Source: Epithemia pelagica (lineage: Eukaryota > Protista > Bacillariophyta). Taken from it: a DNA stretch of 64,000 nt. The stretch covers positions 1,984,001-2,048,000 of the forward strand of contig OX337235.1 of assembly GCA_946965045.2 (NCBI GenBank), read 5' to 3'. The position numbers and the translations under genes are program-made. Below, piece after piece: positions 56,001 to 64,000 of this stretch (the first letter of the stretch is position 1; each line of letters opens with the position of its first letter). Below the pieces are notes generated by a model. That model was not told the DNA's origin, made no database searches, and was given only the letters and a program-made list of their open reading frames with translations.

Positions 56001-57162
56001 AGGAATGAGGGACTCCACGTCTTCGTTACGGCGGTACTTCAACACTCGAGACATTTCTAAAGACGTAATCAAGGACCCCGCCGTAACAATGTCGTTCTAT
56101 CCAGTAGAAGGTGCCAAAATACCAAGTGAAGACAGCCTGCAAGGTAGAAAGAGTGCAGGTGGTACAAAACCACCACCCGATGCGCCATTGGATAATGACT
56201 CGATGGACACAAAACCACCCGCAAAGATTGACCCGACTGCTACCAACAAAGACCATAGCTCAGGACCTGTTGGAAATAGCGCCAAAGGACGAAAGGCGAA
56301 CAAGAATGTCAGTCCCTATACCCTAACGACACACGGAGAAGACACAACTCCAGCCAATGCAAACCGAATTGTCTATGTCACCATTGATGATCGTTACGAT
56401 GACGATTCGGTTGATGCATCTATTCCGCCACCAGAAGAACCAGACGAAGACAGTGATGAAATCATCAACCGTCTACTAGATGATGAATGGATGGACAACA
56501 ATGACGACGATGATGGACTAGTCGACGTCCAAGATGACTTTGAGGTAAACTTCGAGGATGGAACAGGGTTGGTGGACCTGAATGAGAGTGATAGGAAGAA
56601 TAACGAGAAAGATACAGTGGTTGAAGAAGACATGGTGGCTCCAGGTGATGTTGCTGCTGAAGATGACGATGCCGACGATGTACTTGTTGTCACTCCACCA
56701 ACAAAGAGAAAGACCAATCAGAAGTTGAGCTCGAGTAAAAGGCGCAAGAGAAAGTGCCCACCCAATCCCAGCAGTGGTAGTGGCAAGAAAAAATCTAAAT
56801 CGTCCATTGGTAAGAAGCCAAAACCCAATACACCAAAACGGAAAAAACCAACGGAACCAGTACGCTTCTCTCCCCGGAATAAGAAGGGTGCGGCATCAAA
56901 GCAACAAACTATCGATACTATGGCTGGTGTGGCAAGTGCACAAAGCAGGAAGAAGAGCATCAGGGGAAAGAAGGACGACAAAGAAGAAGACCAGGGCGAG
57001 GATGAGGTTAGTGAGCAAGGGGATAGTATGGACAATGACGATACATTCGTGGATAGTGATGGAAATGAGGATGATGACGAGTACGAAGATGAAGATGAGA
57101 TGAAGGAGAATGAGAATGACGAGGAGAACAACGATGAGAACGACGAGGAGAATGATGAATAG
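53062..57162 (+). CDS. hAT transposase, uninterrupted (1366 aa from the first ATG)
   Basis: BED-like finger (CPLC...HVLKHH), CCHDIWQ (D1), VNDNTSS (D2), CDMH (CxxH), DTRVGG, GWWRKHSSNW, AKPATNAFQERIFS (hATC, catalytic E); long acidic and Lys-rich tail. Confidence 0.92.
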   Translation: MSDDDEAAAPDPGPHDKIVEQKDQVDEEHLPPAKKTVKKKNPGSKTKKKSPQLVRKPSALEKKKKAVDADFAQVAQTTEQFHQEEKDLIPLIDGKFTPFISYGRNTSPYWKWVTHVDWLKFELFLVEQQEKGTLEDLPGARDGFDKLVAAFEDLVKIGEDSFMNTAEKRKPIVAKERYSLICKTAVICPLCFNTGSKPLNECVILCSHYKPSNVDQHVLKHHKGLDEEIKNNKKTSDKQSTLSTFRQNTTKSEAKSQLQTLIYRFVNDCCLPAVTVEKPQFRELIQYAIKNATALKDSHAEIMSRRQITKVRISSYKQFFITVGHLIRKSRDEYKRLCAQSVPFVTCCHDIWQAKNHDVLGVTIMFTDPRNCVVYKIPIGLAECHGHAATDVANLTDSLLLSVGLSTADLCAAVNDNTSSAVLAGKYIIGNPDKTGKCDMHKAELVLKHATGLVQRYQNRILIDSNDSFCDLWRSVFKKFASWLTSSKAPHRWERLKDGVKKFGGKIVLIPLPNDTRVGGLVLSIHNLFRDKPCMDEYCKTATLSDPNFKKRYPSEDEWLQLAQYEGILTNIKMVAMKLQTDDPGSNSASLLEIYTSFYHAQRMRMEGPDCGVGCLLRPNKPQKYWDARKSIDDLDEARRAIPYKDLYPGPRLLVRRIIQEFRYYLYNRDPDALKAVGCNPLLANVYADMFVNFGVYDQDNVKEGRTIIINDMIDRFTNHRVSAIGAAMTSQNKKTSDSSSELVVEPNRATLKYKSMDVFERMRKASDLRKQALLNITGKASKAGEEQVIQQALKKACTECYDDFLRHCESQIDFNWADIIKQYPTEAYSKEWPKWDDAQKQMFARHCHSRNYLEVGRFFDLMGWWRKHSSNWSYVFPSAIVWLAKPATNAFQERIFSIGSWMMQNKLMSNLDRKTNEMRTMERITRQLVAEIESNEKDIKAGKGTTKSYDKREIDPDDMAISAAIEESLKEQDNKFAVSGMRDSTSSLRRYFNTRDISKDVIKDPAVTMSFYPVEGAKIPSEDSLQGRKSAGGTKPPPDAPLDNDSMDTKPPAKIDPTATNKDHSSGPVGNSAKGRKANKNVSPYTLTTHGEDTTPANANRIVYVTIDDRYDDDSVDASIPPPEEPDEDSDEIINRLLDDEWMDNNDDDDGLVDVQDDFEVNFEDGTGLVDLNESDRKNNEKDTVVEEDMVAPGDVAAEDDDADDVLVVTPPTKRKTNQKLSSSKRRKRKCPPNPSSGSGKKKSKSSIGKKPKPNTPKRKKPTEPVRFSPRNKKGAASKQQTIDTMAGVASAQSRKKSIRGKKDDKEEDQGEDEVSEQGDSMDNDDTFVDSDGNEDDDEYEDEDEMKENENDEENNDENDEENDE

Positions 57163-57250
57163 TGATGAGTAGTATGCAAGCAAAGAATGAATGAATGAAG
57201 AGTAATGAGTGATGACAAAGATGAAATTAGGTAACAAACTAGGAGAGCGA

Positions 57251-59023
57251 TTAATATTTGTGAATCATTGTCATTATCTTCTTTCTGACAGGGTCGCTGA
57301 CTCGGTCTGTCTTTGTCAATGCTGCTATAATTTTGGATTTTGAGTCTATGGTACTGCAATGTTGACCGAATGCACCAAATAGGGGGTTTATTGCGTACCA
57401 CTTGTCTTGGGGCAACCATGATTCCAACACTTTGGAACAGGCAATACCAACAATGCCGGTGGGAGTCCACGAGAGATGATCGGCCCACCGGATCACGTGA
57501 ATATCCGCAGGTATGCCATCAACTCGGTGAAATGCTTCTTCGATGACGATGCATGCAGTTTTATATCCAATTCCGTGTAGTTTCGTAAGCTCATAGATTG
57601 TTATGTCTTCAGGTATTTTACCACCGTGGTACTGACAAAAATAATCTGCAGCATTGACAATCCTCTCTGTGTTGTTGTAATACAGTCCTGATTCCGAAAG
57701 AAGGCTACAAAAAGCATTCATGCCAAATTGTTGGGCAATGTCGATTACTGCATTTGCCGAAGTGAGGCCACATGCAAACAAGCGTGGGATTATTGAGCTC
57801 AGTTGGGAATCGGACGTGCTAGAGCTCATGCAGATTGTGATTAATATCATGAAAGGCCGATCAGCAGTAGGGTCATCAGTGAATTGGAGCCAAGCAGTCC
57901 ACTTATCACGTGGAGCAAATATTCCTTTCTCTTTAAGCTCAGCATGAAAAGACATCATTTGGGACAATTCCGAAATGCGTTGTTGTCGAACGGTTTCTTC
58001 CACAGGAGTAATACGAAGTGAGCATCGAGCGGGTGTTGTTAGGTTTGGAGGGTCTCCCGGTTGATGTCGTCTGTCCGGATATTGTATTTCTTCTTTAGAA
58101 TGCGAAGTAGATTGCAAGAATTGGGAAATGATTGCGTTGCGGTATCGTGTTGAATACGAGTGTGTGGAATACTGAACCGACGACTTTTTGGGATATTGTT
58201 GTTTTCTTTGACGTGATTTCGGAGTCGTTTGTTTGGTTCTGTTATCGTGATCCGTATAATTGTTGTATGGGATTGTGTGGTCCAATGGTTGTGAATTGTC
58301 CTGTGATTTGGGAGTTATATGTTCGGTCGAAAATGATGCCACCAATTTAGAGACATAAAGGTTCAGGGACAGAGGGAAACAGAATTCTGAATCGGTAGAC
58401 TTGTCCTTTGAATCTTCGACGTAGTAATCGACGATCATTTCCTGCGGGACTTGTTTACAGACAATAGGTACACCGGTACGGAAGAACCAGGATGATACAA
58501 TCGAATGAGCCTTGGAAGGGGGGCGTGGTGGGCTTGGTTTTTTTCCGTAGGTAAATTGAAGGCAGTCCCAATAGTGTTGGTTCTTCACTACGGTAATGTT
58601 TGGACGACAAGAAATTGAAAGAAACAGTCGATTGGAGAAGAAAGGTTCGTCTGGAACAAAGAAGTGTTGGTAGGAATCGATGGATTGGTGAGGGGAATAT
58701 CCATCCTTGAGGGTCCGTATAATAATTCCAACAATCAGCTGGACTCGTTCGAAGAAAATGAACTCCGAAATCCGGCATGTGTGTGTGCGAGATTGCCATG
58801 TATTCTTTTCTTGGAATTGGATATGTCCGTTGTTGCGAAGGAGCCATGCGATGGTTTGGCTTTGGACGGCACGTCGTAGAGCATTCGACGTCATGGAAGC
58901 GTGTTGAGTGGTTCTCATGAAGTCGTACATGAAGGAAAAAAAGGCCTCATTGGAATGTAGACAGTAAATTGGGAAGCATTTCGATTCGAAACGGATGCAA
59001 TTGCGTTCAACATAGTCATCCAT
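57251..59023 (-). CDS. Endonuclease III (Nth)-like HhH-GPD DNA glycosylase/AP lyase with a long N-terminal extension of unknown function, transposon-encoded
   Basis: C-terminal about 170 aa (57853-57356): FMILITICMSSSTSD, GLYY, GGKIP, LTKLHGIGYKTA (HhH, Lys at 57560-57562), GIPADIHVIR (Asp at 57503-57505), LESWLPQDKWYAINPLFGAFGQHC. 590 codons without a stop. Confidence 0.88.
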   Translation of the reverse strand: MDDYVERNCIRFESKCFPIYCLHSNEAFFSFMYDFMRTTQHASMTSNALRRAVQSQTIAWLLRNNGHIQFQEKNTWQSRTHTCRISEFIFFERVQLIVGIIIRTLKDGYSPHQSIDSYQHFFVPDEPFFSNRLFLSISCRPNITVVKNQHYWDCLQFTYGKKPSPPRPPSKAHSIVSSWFFRTGVPIVCKQVPQEMIVDYYVEDSKDKSTDSEFCFPLSLNLYVSKLVASFSTEHITPKSQDNSQPLDHTIPYNNYTDHDNRTKQTTPKSRQRKQQYPKKSSVQYSTHSYSTRYRNAIISQFLQSTSHSKEEIQYPDRRHQPGDPPNLTTPARCSLRITPVEETVRQQRISELSQMMSFHAELKEKGIFAPRDKWTAWLQFTDDPTADRPFMILITICMSSSTSDSQLSSIIPRLFACGLTSANAVIDIAQQFGMNAFCSLLSESGLYYNNTERIVNAADYFCQYHGGKIPEDITIYELTKLHGIGYKTACIVIEEAFHRVDGIPADIHVIRWADHLSWTPTGIVGIACSKVLESWLPQDKWYAINPLFGAFGQHCSTIDSKSKIIAALTKTDRVSDPVRKKIMTMIHKY

Positions 59024-59179
59024 TTGTTTGGGTATTAGACATCAAAGGTCAGAGGTGCAAAAGGCGGTGAAGAGGTGCGAGGATCGAGGATACAGCAGCA
59101 AGACTTTGTGCTCTGTGGTATGTGTTACTGAGAGTTACTAAGTATCGTGTAGTTTTCACTGCTGACTACGTGAATTAAG

Positions 59180-59578
59180 TGCTAAAGTACATAAGGAAAG
59201 TAGAGCTAAATTACCTATGAATGTGTAATTTGACGGGTACTTTCGAAAGTACCTCTTGTAAAGTGATGAAGTACTTAAGTCCCTAATGAAAGTACATACC
59301 GGTTGGGTGGAGGTACTTAAGTACCTAAATGAAGTACTTACTGGTTACTGCAGATGCCTTGGAAGGAGTAATGATCCGATTGATAGTTGGGATGAGTACT
59401 TCTTCTTACTAAAGTATTTCAGTCTAAATTGTAGAGTGTACTTTTTAGTCATTATTCCGCTGTGTATTGAATTCTTATAGTAATTTTAAGTACAAAAGTA
59501 CTTACTAATCAATTCTTTAGTGTACTTGAAAGGACTAAAGTCCTCTAAAAACTCGATATTTGGTACTTCACAACTCTG
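59180..59578. repeat. Right subterminal AAGTAC/GTACTT array of the hAT element
   Basis: More than 10 copies in both orientations. Confidence 0.85.
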
Positions 59579-60581
59579 ATTGAGACATGAATGAAGGCCA
59601 ACTGCCACTGCACGATGAATGCACTTCCAATTTTCCGAGTCTTTTCAAAATTCGTCGCAGGTGGCCAATCTTCAATAATTGGTACTCTTTCATTGACACT
59701 CTGGGTACGGTACGACCAGTTTCGGGTTGGGTATTGGGCAATCTTTACTAGTTACAAGTACTCGTAGTTCGTACTACGAGTAGTATTATTTTTTGTAGGG
59801 CAACCCAACACCCAACCAACGTAGCCAACCCCTAACATTGGAATTATCGAACAATACTATCAATTTCGATGGAGGATTGCGTCATTCTCTCTCTAGAGAT
59901 GCCCATTGGGACACTGTCAGTTCTTAAACACCCTTCTTGGCTATTCCTAAATCGAATTCAATGCCATTAAGTCATTCCGTCTTGGTCCGAACCCTATACT
60001 ATCGCCTTTTCGCTTCTCGACTCACGTGGTCGATGCAAAAATGAGAAGACAATAACATTATCGTCTTCTGTCTTCTGGATTTCGCAAAGCACAAAACAAT
60101 AGTGTAGTAGGTACTAGTACTTGGTGCTTCTACCTAGTCGGAGCTCGTAGTTAGTAGCTAGTACTCGTACTCCTGCAACTCCTAGGTACTTACGAGTTAC
60201 AGGTTTTACTCGTACAGGGCAACCGTTGCCGCAAGAGAACCGATCAAGTTCCCGAATAGTCGTTTTGTTGTAGCTTATAGCACGTGCGAATTTAGCGGGT
60301 CGTCACCAAATCGTGGCTCGAGGAATGGCTTACCGATCGAGATTGGACTCATGTTCAAATCTCTAGACGGATGATCCACCTCGGATTCCAACAAGAAAGA
60401 TTTTCTGTACCTGGACTAGGTGATACTCTGACTAGGTAGTACATCTTTAAGCGGTGCCTGTTGCAAATCGCACAGCGCACTGAAAAAGTGAAAAATGAAA
60501 AAGTTCCCTTGTCACCACTTTTTCTAATTCGTTCTTCCACACCAACGTTTCATCATTGCCATTGACAGCATCCTTTCAACA

Positions 60582-61157
60582 ATGACAGCCAGCAAAATGT
60601 TAGAGACCACCATTCCAAGTATTACGGCTCATAAGACAAGAATCCGACCTGTATTCTCTTCGTTTCAGGACTCTGCATTCCACGAAGCGAAAGGTTCAAG
60701 AATGTATGAGAGCCGATGTTTCAGTTCAGGTTGTCACCGTGAATCACCTGTTGACGTTGCTGCCGACAGCTCCGAGAGATCAATGGTTTTCTCCCCACTA
60801 ACATGTTCAAATATCAAGGGGGAAGAAGATAGCTTTTTGTTTCAAACGCCTATTTCACAGGTATCATCGATGGACGATGAATTCTTCAATGGACCAGGTC
60901 TGCTTCATCCACAGCACCCTTCGCACAGGCAGTCGCAAGACAATCAGATTCTCGATAGAACTCAAGATGCCTTTCGACTGCATTCCAACAATTTCTTCCG
61001 GCCAATCTCAGATGACCACCCAGAATGCCTTCCCTCCCTGATGCTGCCAGACTTCAATGATGATGCTCATCCAGAGTCCCTAAATTCAATGAAGTCGAGG
61101 ATACATTTCAGGCCAAGTTCCGAGGCAACGCAGTCAATGGTTCGTCTGATATTCTAG
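60582..61157 (+). CDS. Hypothetical protein (191 aa, Ser-rich)
   Basis: ATG-initiated ORF in otherwise non-repetitive sequence; no motif recognised. Confidence 0.45.
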   Translation: MTASKMLETTIPSITAHKTRIRPVFSSFQDSAFHEAKGSRMYESRCFSSGCHRESPVDVAADSSERSMVFSPLTCSNIKGEEDSFLFQTPISQVSSMDDEFFNGPGLLHPQHPSHRQSQDNQILDRTQDAFRLHSNNFFRPISDDHPECLPSLMLPDFNDDAHPESLNSMKSRIHFRPSSEATQSMVRLIF

Positions 61158-61809
61158 TTTCATGGGTGCATACTGGTTGCGTATACTTTTGAGTATGTCT
61201 ATATCAACTGCTAGTTGTACACATGGTCAGTCTAGAACTGAATTACAGTGGATTTTGTTACTTGTAATAAGTTAAGTGCATATGTTGTAAGCCGAATTCT
61301 CGACAAGCTCTTTAAGTCTTAAGCGTGAATCTGCAATTGGAGACTAAAAACATCAAGTCTTATTGGTGAAAAGAGGAGCAATATTGCTCAAATTATGTCG
61401 TTGATGCAGGACCCTCGATGAAGGACCCCCGATTCTGTCTGTTTCCATCCTCATACAGATTGAGATTTGATTACCCATCATATTTCCTTTTAGCCATGAA
61501 GACTCCAGAGAGGCATGAAGACGAGATGAACAAGGAACATCGCGTGAATTTAGTCCCAAGATTAGTCATTGGCCAGTGTTCACTGACATCACTGTTTATT
61601 GAACGCAAAAGATGCAGAAGCGACATCAACGTATCCCGTGACAAATAATGCAAAGTTGGGCCGCGTCAGTTACGAAGATAAAAGATGAGGTCAGGCTGAA
61701 GAAGTGAACTCAGTCGAAGAACGAAGAAGATTGGAAGTGCGACCGCCATAATCCCCCACCGGGCCAATGACAATGACATCCCGAGAGACCCGAGAGACCC
61801 GAGACCACG

Positions 61810-62183
61810 GGAATAGCGAAATGACAGACTTTCATGACAGACTTTCGGATAAACTTTCAAAATGTTGACTGTTATACGGACAGACTATCCGGTTGCACTC
61901 CATGTCACTGTTGCTCTTCCACATGCAATGTCATTTTACTACAGCCCATCTTGTCTCGTCAGTGCCACTTCAAATTCATGACGAGGATACCCCGTTTAAC
62001 CCTAACTCTAAAAACGAATGTTTACCCGAATGTCTGTCATTTTGCTATTCAGGCCTGAAAAAGTGAAATGACAGACTTTCGGGGTAGTTGTTTGACGGAG
62101 TTTCAGGTAGCTTTTTGACAGACATTCGGAGTTTCAGGTAGCTTTTTGACAGACATTCGGGAAAACTTTTTATTTTTGTAGTA
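61810..62183. repeat. Cluster of TGACAGAC(T/A)TTC repeats with a stem-loop and a 31-bp tandem duplication
   Basis: Motif near 61822, 61836, 62031 (inverted), 62069, 62116 and 62147; 31-bp unit at 62096-62126 and 62127-62157. Confidence 0.75.
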
Positions 62184-62319
62184 TCTTCTATTTAAAATAC
62201 AAAAAAATGTTCCCAACCAACATCATATCTACACATGATAGAGAGAATATTGCCTTTTAGTGTCTTGATTTCCCGTAATCAGACTGCTCGTTTGGACCCA
62301 GCAATGATGGAAGCAACCA

Positions 62320-62700
62320 CGCCAAGGAAGCAGCAAACAATCACCTACCAACTACTCGCTGCCAACGAACAACGAACAATGACAACACTCGGCAACAACA
62401 ACAAAAACAACCCGCACGCAACAATCAACTACTCGCTGTCACCGAACCCAGTGCACGAGACTGTGCCCGTCAATGACAACAAGAAGCAACAACGACATGC
62501 GGCGACTGCAGCAACGACATGCGACAAGACAGCAAGCGTCGACAACGACAGCGACAACAACAACATGCGGCTACAACAACGACAGCGACAACAACAACAT
62601 GCGGCTACAACCACAAGAACAACATACTCAACAATCAACTCCTCGTTTCTGCCCAACGGCAAAACAATCGGCGACGACGGCATGGCAACAGCACCATTCG
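62320..62700 (+). repeat. CAA/GAC-rich low-complexity tract with internal duplications
   Basis: CGACAGCGACAACAACAACATGCGGCTACAAC occurs twice (about 62546 and 62580); ORFs open in all three plus frames suggest a repeat, not a gene. Confidence 0.6.
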
Positions 62701-63336
62701 GCTGCTTCCGATAACACAGTTCGAGTGGAAGAAGGAGTGGACGCCGTAAACGAGAGCACCTTATCGAATCTTGACACTCTTACTGGATGGTGAAACAACA
62801 ATAAACAAAAACAAAGACAAATGGATCGATGCAGGCAAAAGACAGGATGGTGAACGAGGATGGATGGACGAAACGATTGCCTACGAGTATGACACATACA
62901 AGTATGTACAAAGCTAACTAGTACATGCTCTCACTCAATTAGTCATGTTCATACAAGTAGAGGAGGCGGGTTGATTGCTGTTGTGTTAGAGCCTCCTCGC
63001 CATGGTGTGTGTGAGGATAGTTTGCATATCTTGAGATTGAGCATCTCATTGATCGGTCGGTCCGCATCGTACCGCCCCGGTCAAGAAGGGACCGACGGAC
63101 GAACGCTGATCGAGTCATCGCACCCAAAGGAGTTCCTGGAAGAAGAGAGTGTGTTGGGACGGTCTTTGTGAAGACTGTCCCAACAAAGTTTCAACAATCA
63201 TAAATTGTTGGAAAGAAGATTTGTGAAGGTCATCGTTGGATTTGATCACCCTACGGTTCTTTACATTCTTCTTTCGCTTCGGTTTTTCTCCCTGTTCGAC
63301 CGTGCCATCCACCTCATCCTTGTCTGCGTTTGCGTG

Positions 63337-64000
63337 ATGTTTGAGTGGGCAAGTACTCCGGATTCTTTGCCCTCCGTGGGGTCGTCAGGTGAGTCTGCTG
63401 TTTCTGTGACCGGGGGGGGGACCCTTCGTTCGGGTTCTCTCTTCGGTGTTGTTCGTATCGAACAAGATACCTTTGAGGCGTCTTGTCGGGGATTTATCGG
63501 GGCAGGGCAGCGCGTGTGCATTCGTACGGATTGTTCCGTGGCATCACATGCTTCCAAGAAGCACGAGTGGAGTAAGTTAGTCGGTGACGATACCTCGGGT
63601 ATATTTATTCGCGGTGTCAGTGATTCTTCAAGTTCCGACGCTTCGGACGTTCTGTTTTGTCAACCGGTTCTTCAAGGCCACTACATTCGCACTCTGGATT
63701 GGAATGAAATGGAGTTAAGAGTTGGCAAGCAACGTTTGCATCACTCAAGCACGCGTCCTCCGAGTCGGGTGAAGGTGTGGATCTAACAACTGCAGCCAAA
63801 GTCATGGAAAACACTAAGGCTGAAGTGAAGTTTGTGGCTATGACGCCCAACCCCAAGCGCAAGAAACGGGGACATCAAATGTTGGTGGAATCGGTTTCTA
63901 GTGAAGATGAAGATGAGATGGGCGTCAAGAGTTCCTCAGTCGCTACTCCTCAGAAAAGACGTGTAGTTCCGTGGAAGGCTGTCCCTGAGGACATCGGCAA
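63337..64000 (+). other. 5' part of a probably TE-related ORF, frameshifted near 63700-63720 and truncated by the window end
   Basis: Cys/His motif CRGFIGAGQRVCIRTDCSVASH; a second frame (WQATFASLK...VPEDIG) stays open to the end of the window. Confidence 0.35.

Larger units (their letters stand above)
52478..59578 (+). mobile_element. hAT-superfamily DNA transposon, 7101 bp, carrying a DNA glycosylase gene
   Basis: Perfect 21-bp TIR CAGAGTTGTGAAGTACCAAAT (52478-52498, 59558-59578), 8-bp TSD ATTGAGAC (52470-52477, 59579-59586), AAGTAC/GTACTT subterminal arrays at both ends. Confidence 0.95.

Noticed and set aside
57251-59023. Calling the glycosylase a DEMETER/ROS1 ortholog
   Set aside because: No Fe-S cluster, no split domain A and no recognisable C-terminal permuted CXXC or RRM-fold region; the motifs follow NTH1. 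5mC activity remains only a hypothesis.
61998-62005. AACCCTAA as a telomeric repeat
   Set aside because: Single unit, not tandem.
62235-62793. Gln/Thr/Asn-rich ORFs as protein-coding genes
   Set aside because: All three plus frames are open over the same CAA-rich tract, which is typical of simple repeats.

Overview
Eukaryotic nuclear DNA, most likely from a diatom (inferred from bipartite plastid-targeting signals, GT-AG introns, CoDi-like Copia elements and diatom-type gene families). Roughly three quarters of the window is transposable-element sequence, much of it nested. It contains a decayed CRE-group non-LTR retrotransposon (about 180-8450, minus strand) and four AcademH-type TIR elements, each with TA termini and a readable 9-10 bp target-site duplication (TSD): 7365-8314, 18244-28498, 35737-42012 and the two-gene transposase plus RecQ helicase element 42143-49915. 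Two full-length Ty1/Copia elements (18346-27501, 36160-41690) each sit inside a non-autonomous AcademH element, and a 426-bp MITE with an apparent 1-bp TSD sits inside the second Copia. The strongest candidate for a new system is a structurally complete hAT transposon (52478-59578, 21-bp TIRs, 8-bp TSD) that carries, tail-to-tail with its transposase, an uninterrupted endonuclease III-like HhH-GPD DNA glycosylase gene. Host genes include a GT47-like glycosyltransferase, a C2H2/TM protein, an RluA-family pseudouridine synthase, a PEX11-like gene, DUF3119, two tandem SDRs, a spliced LtrA-like membrane protein and an ankyrin-like protein. All family assignments come from motif recognition by eye; no database search was run.
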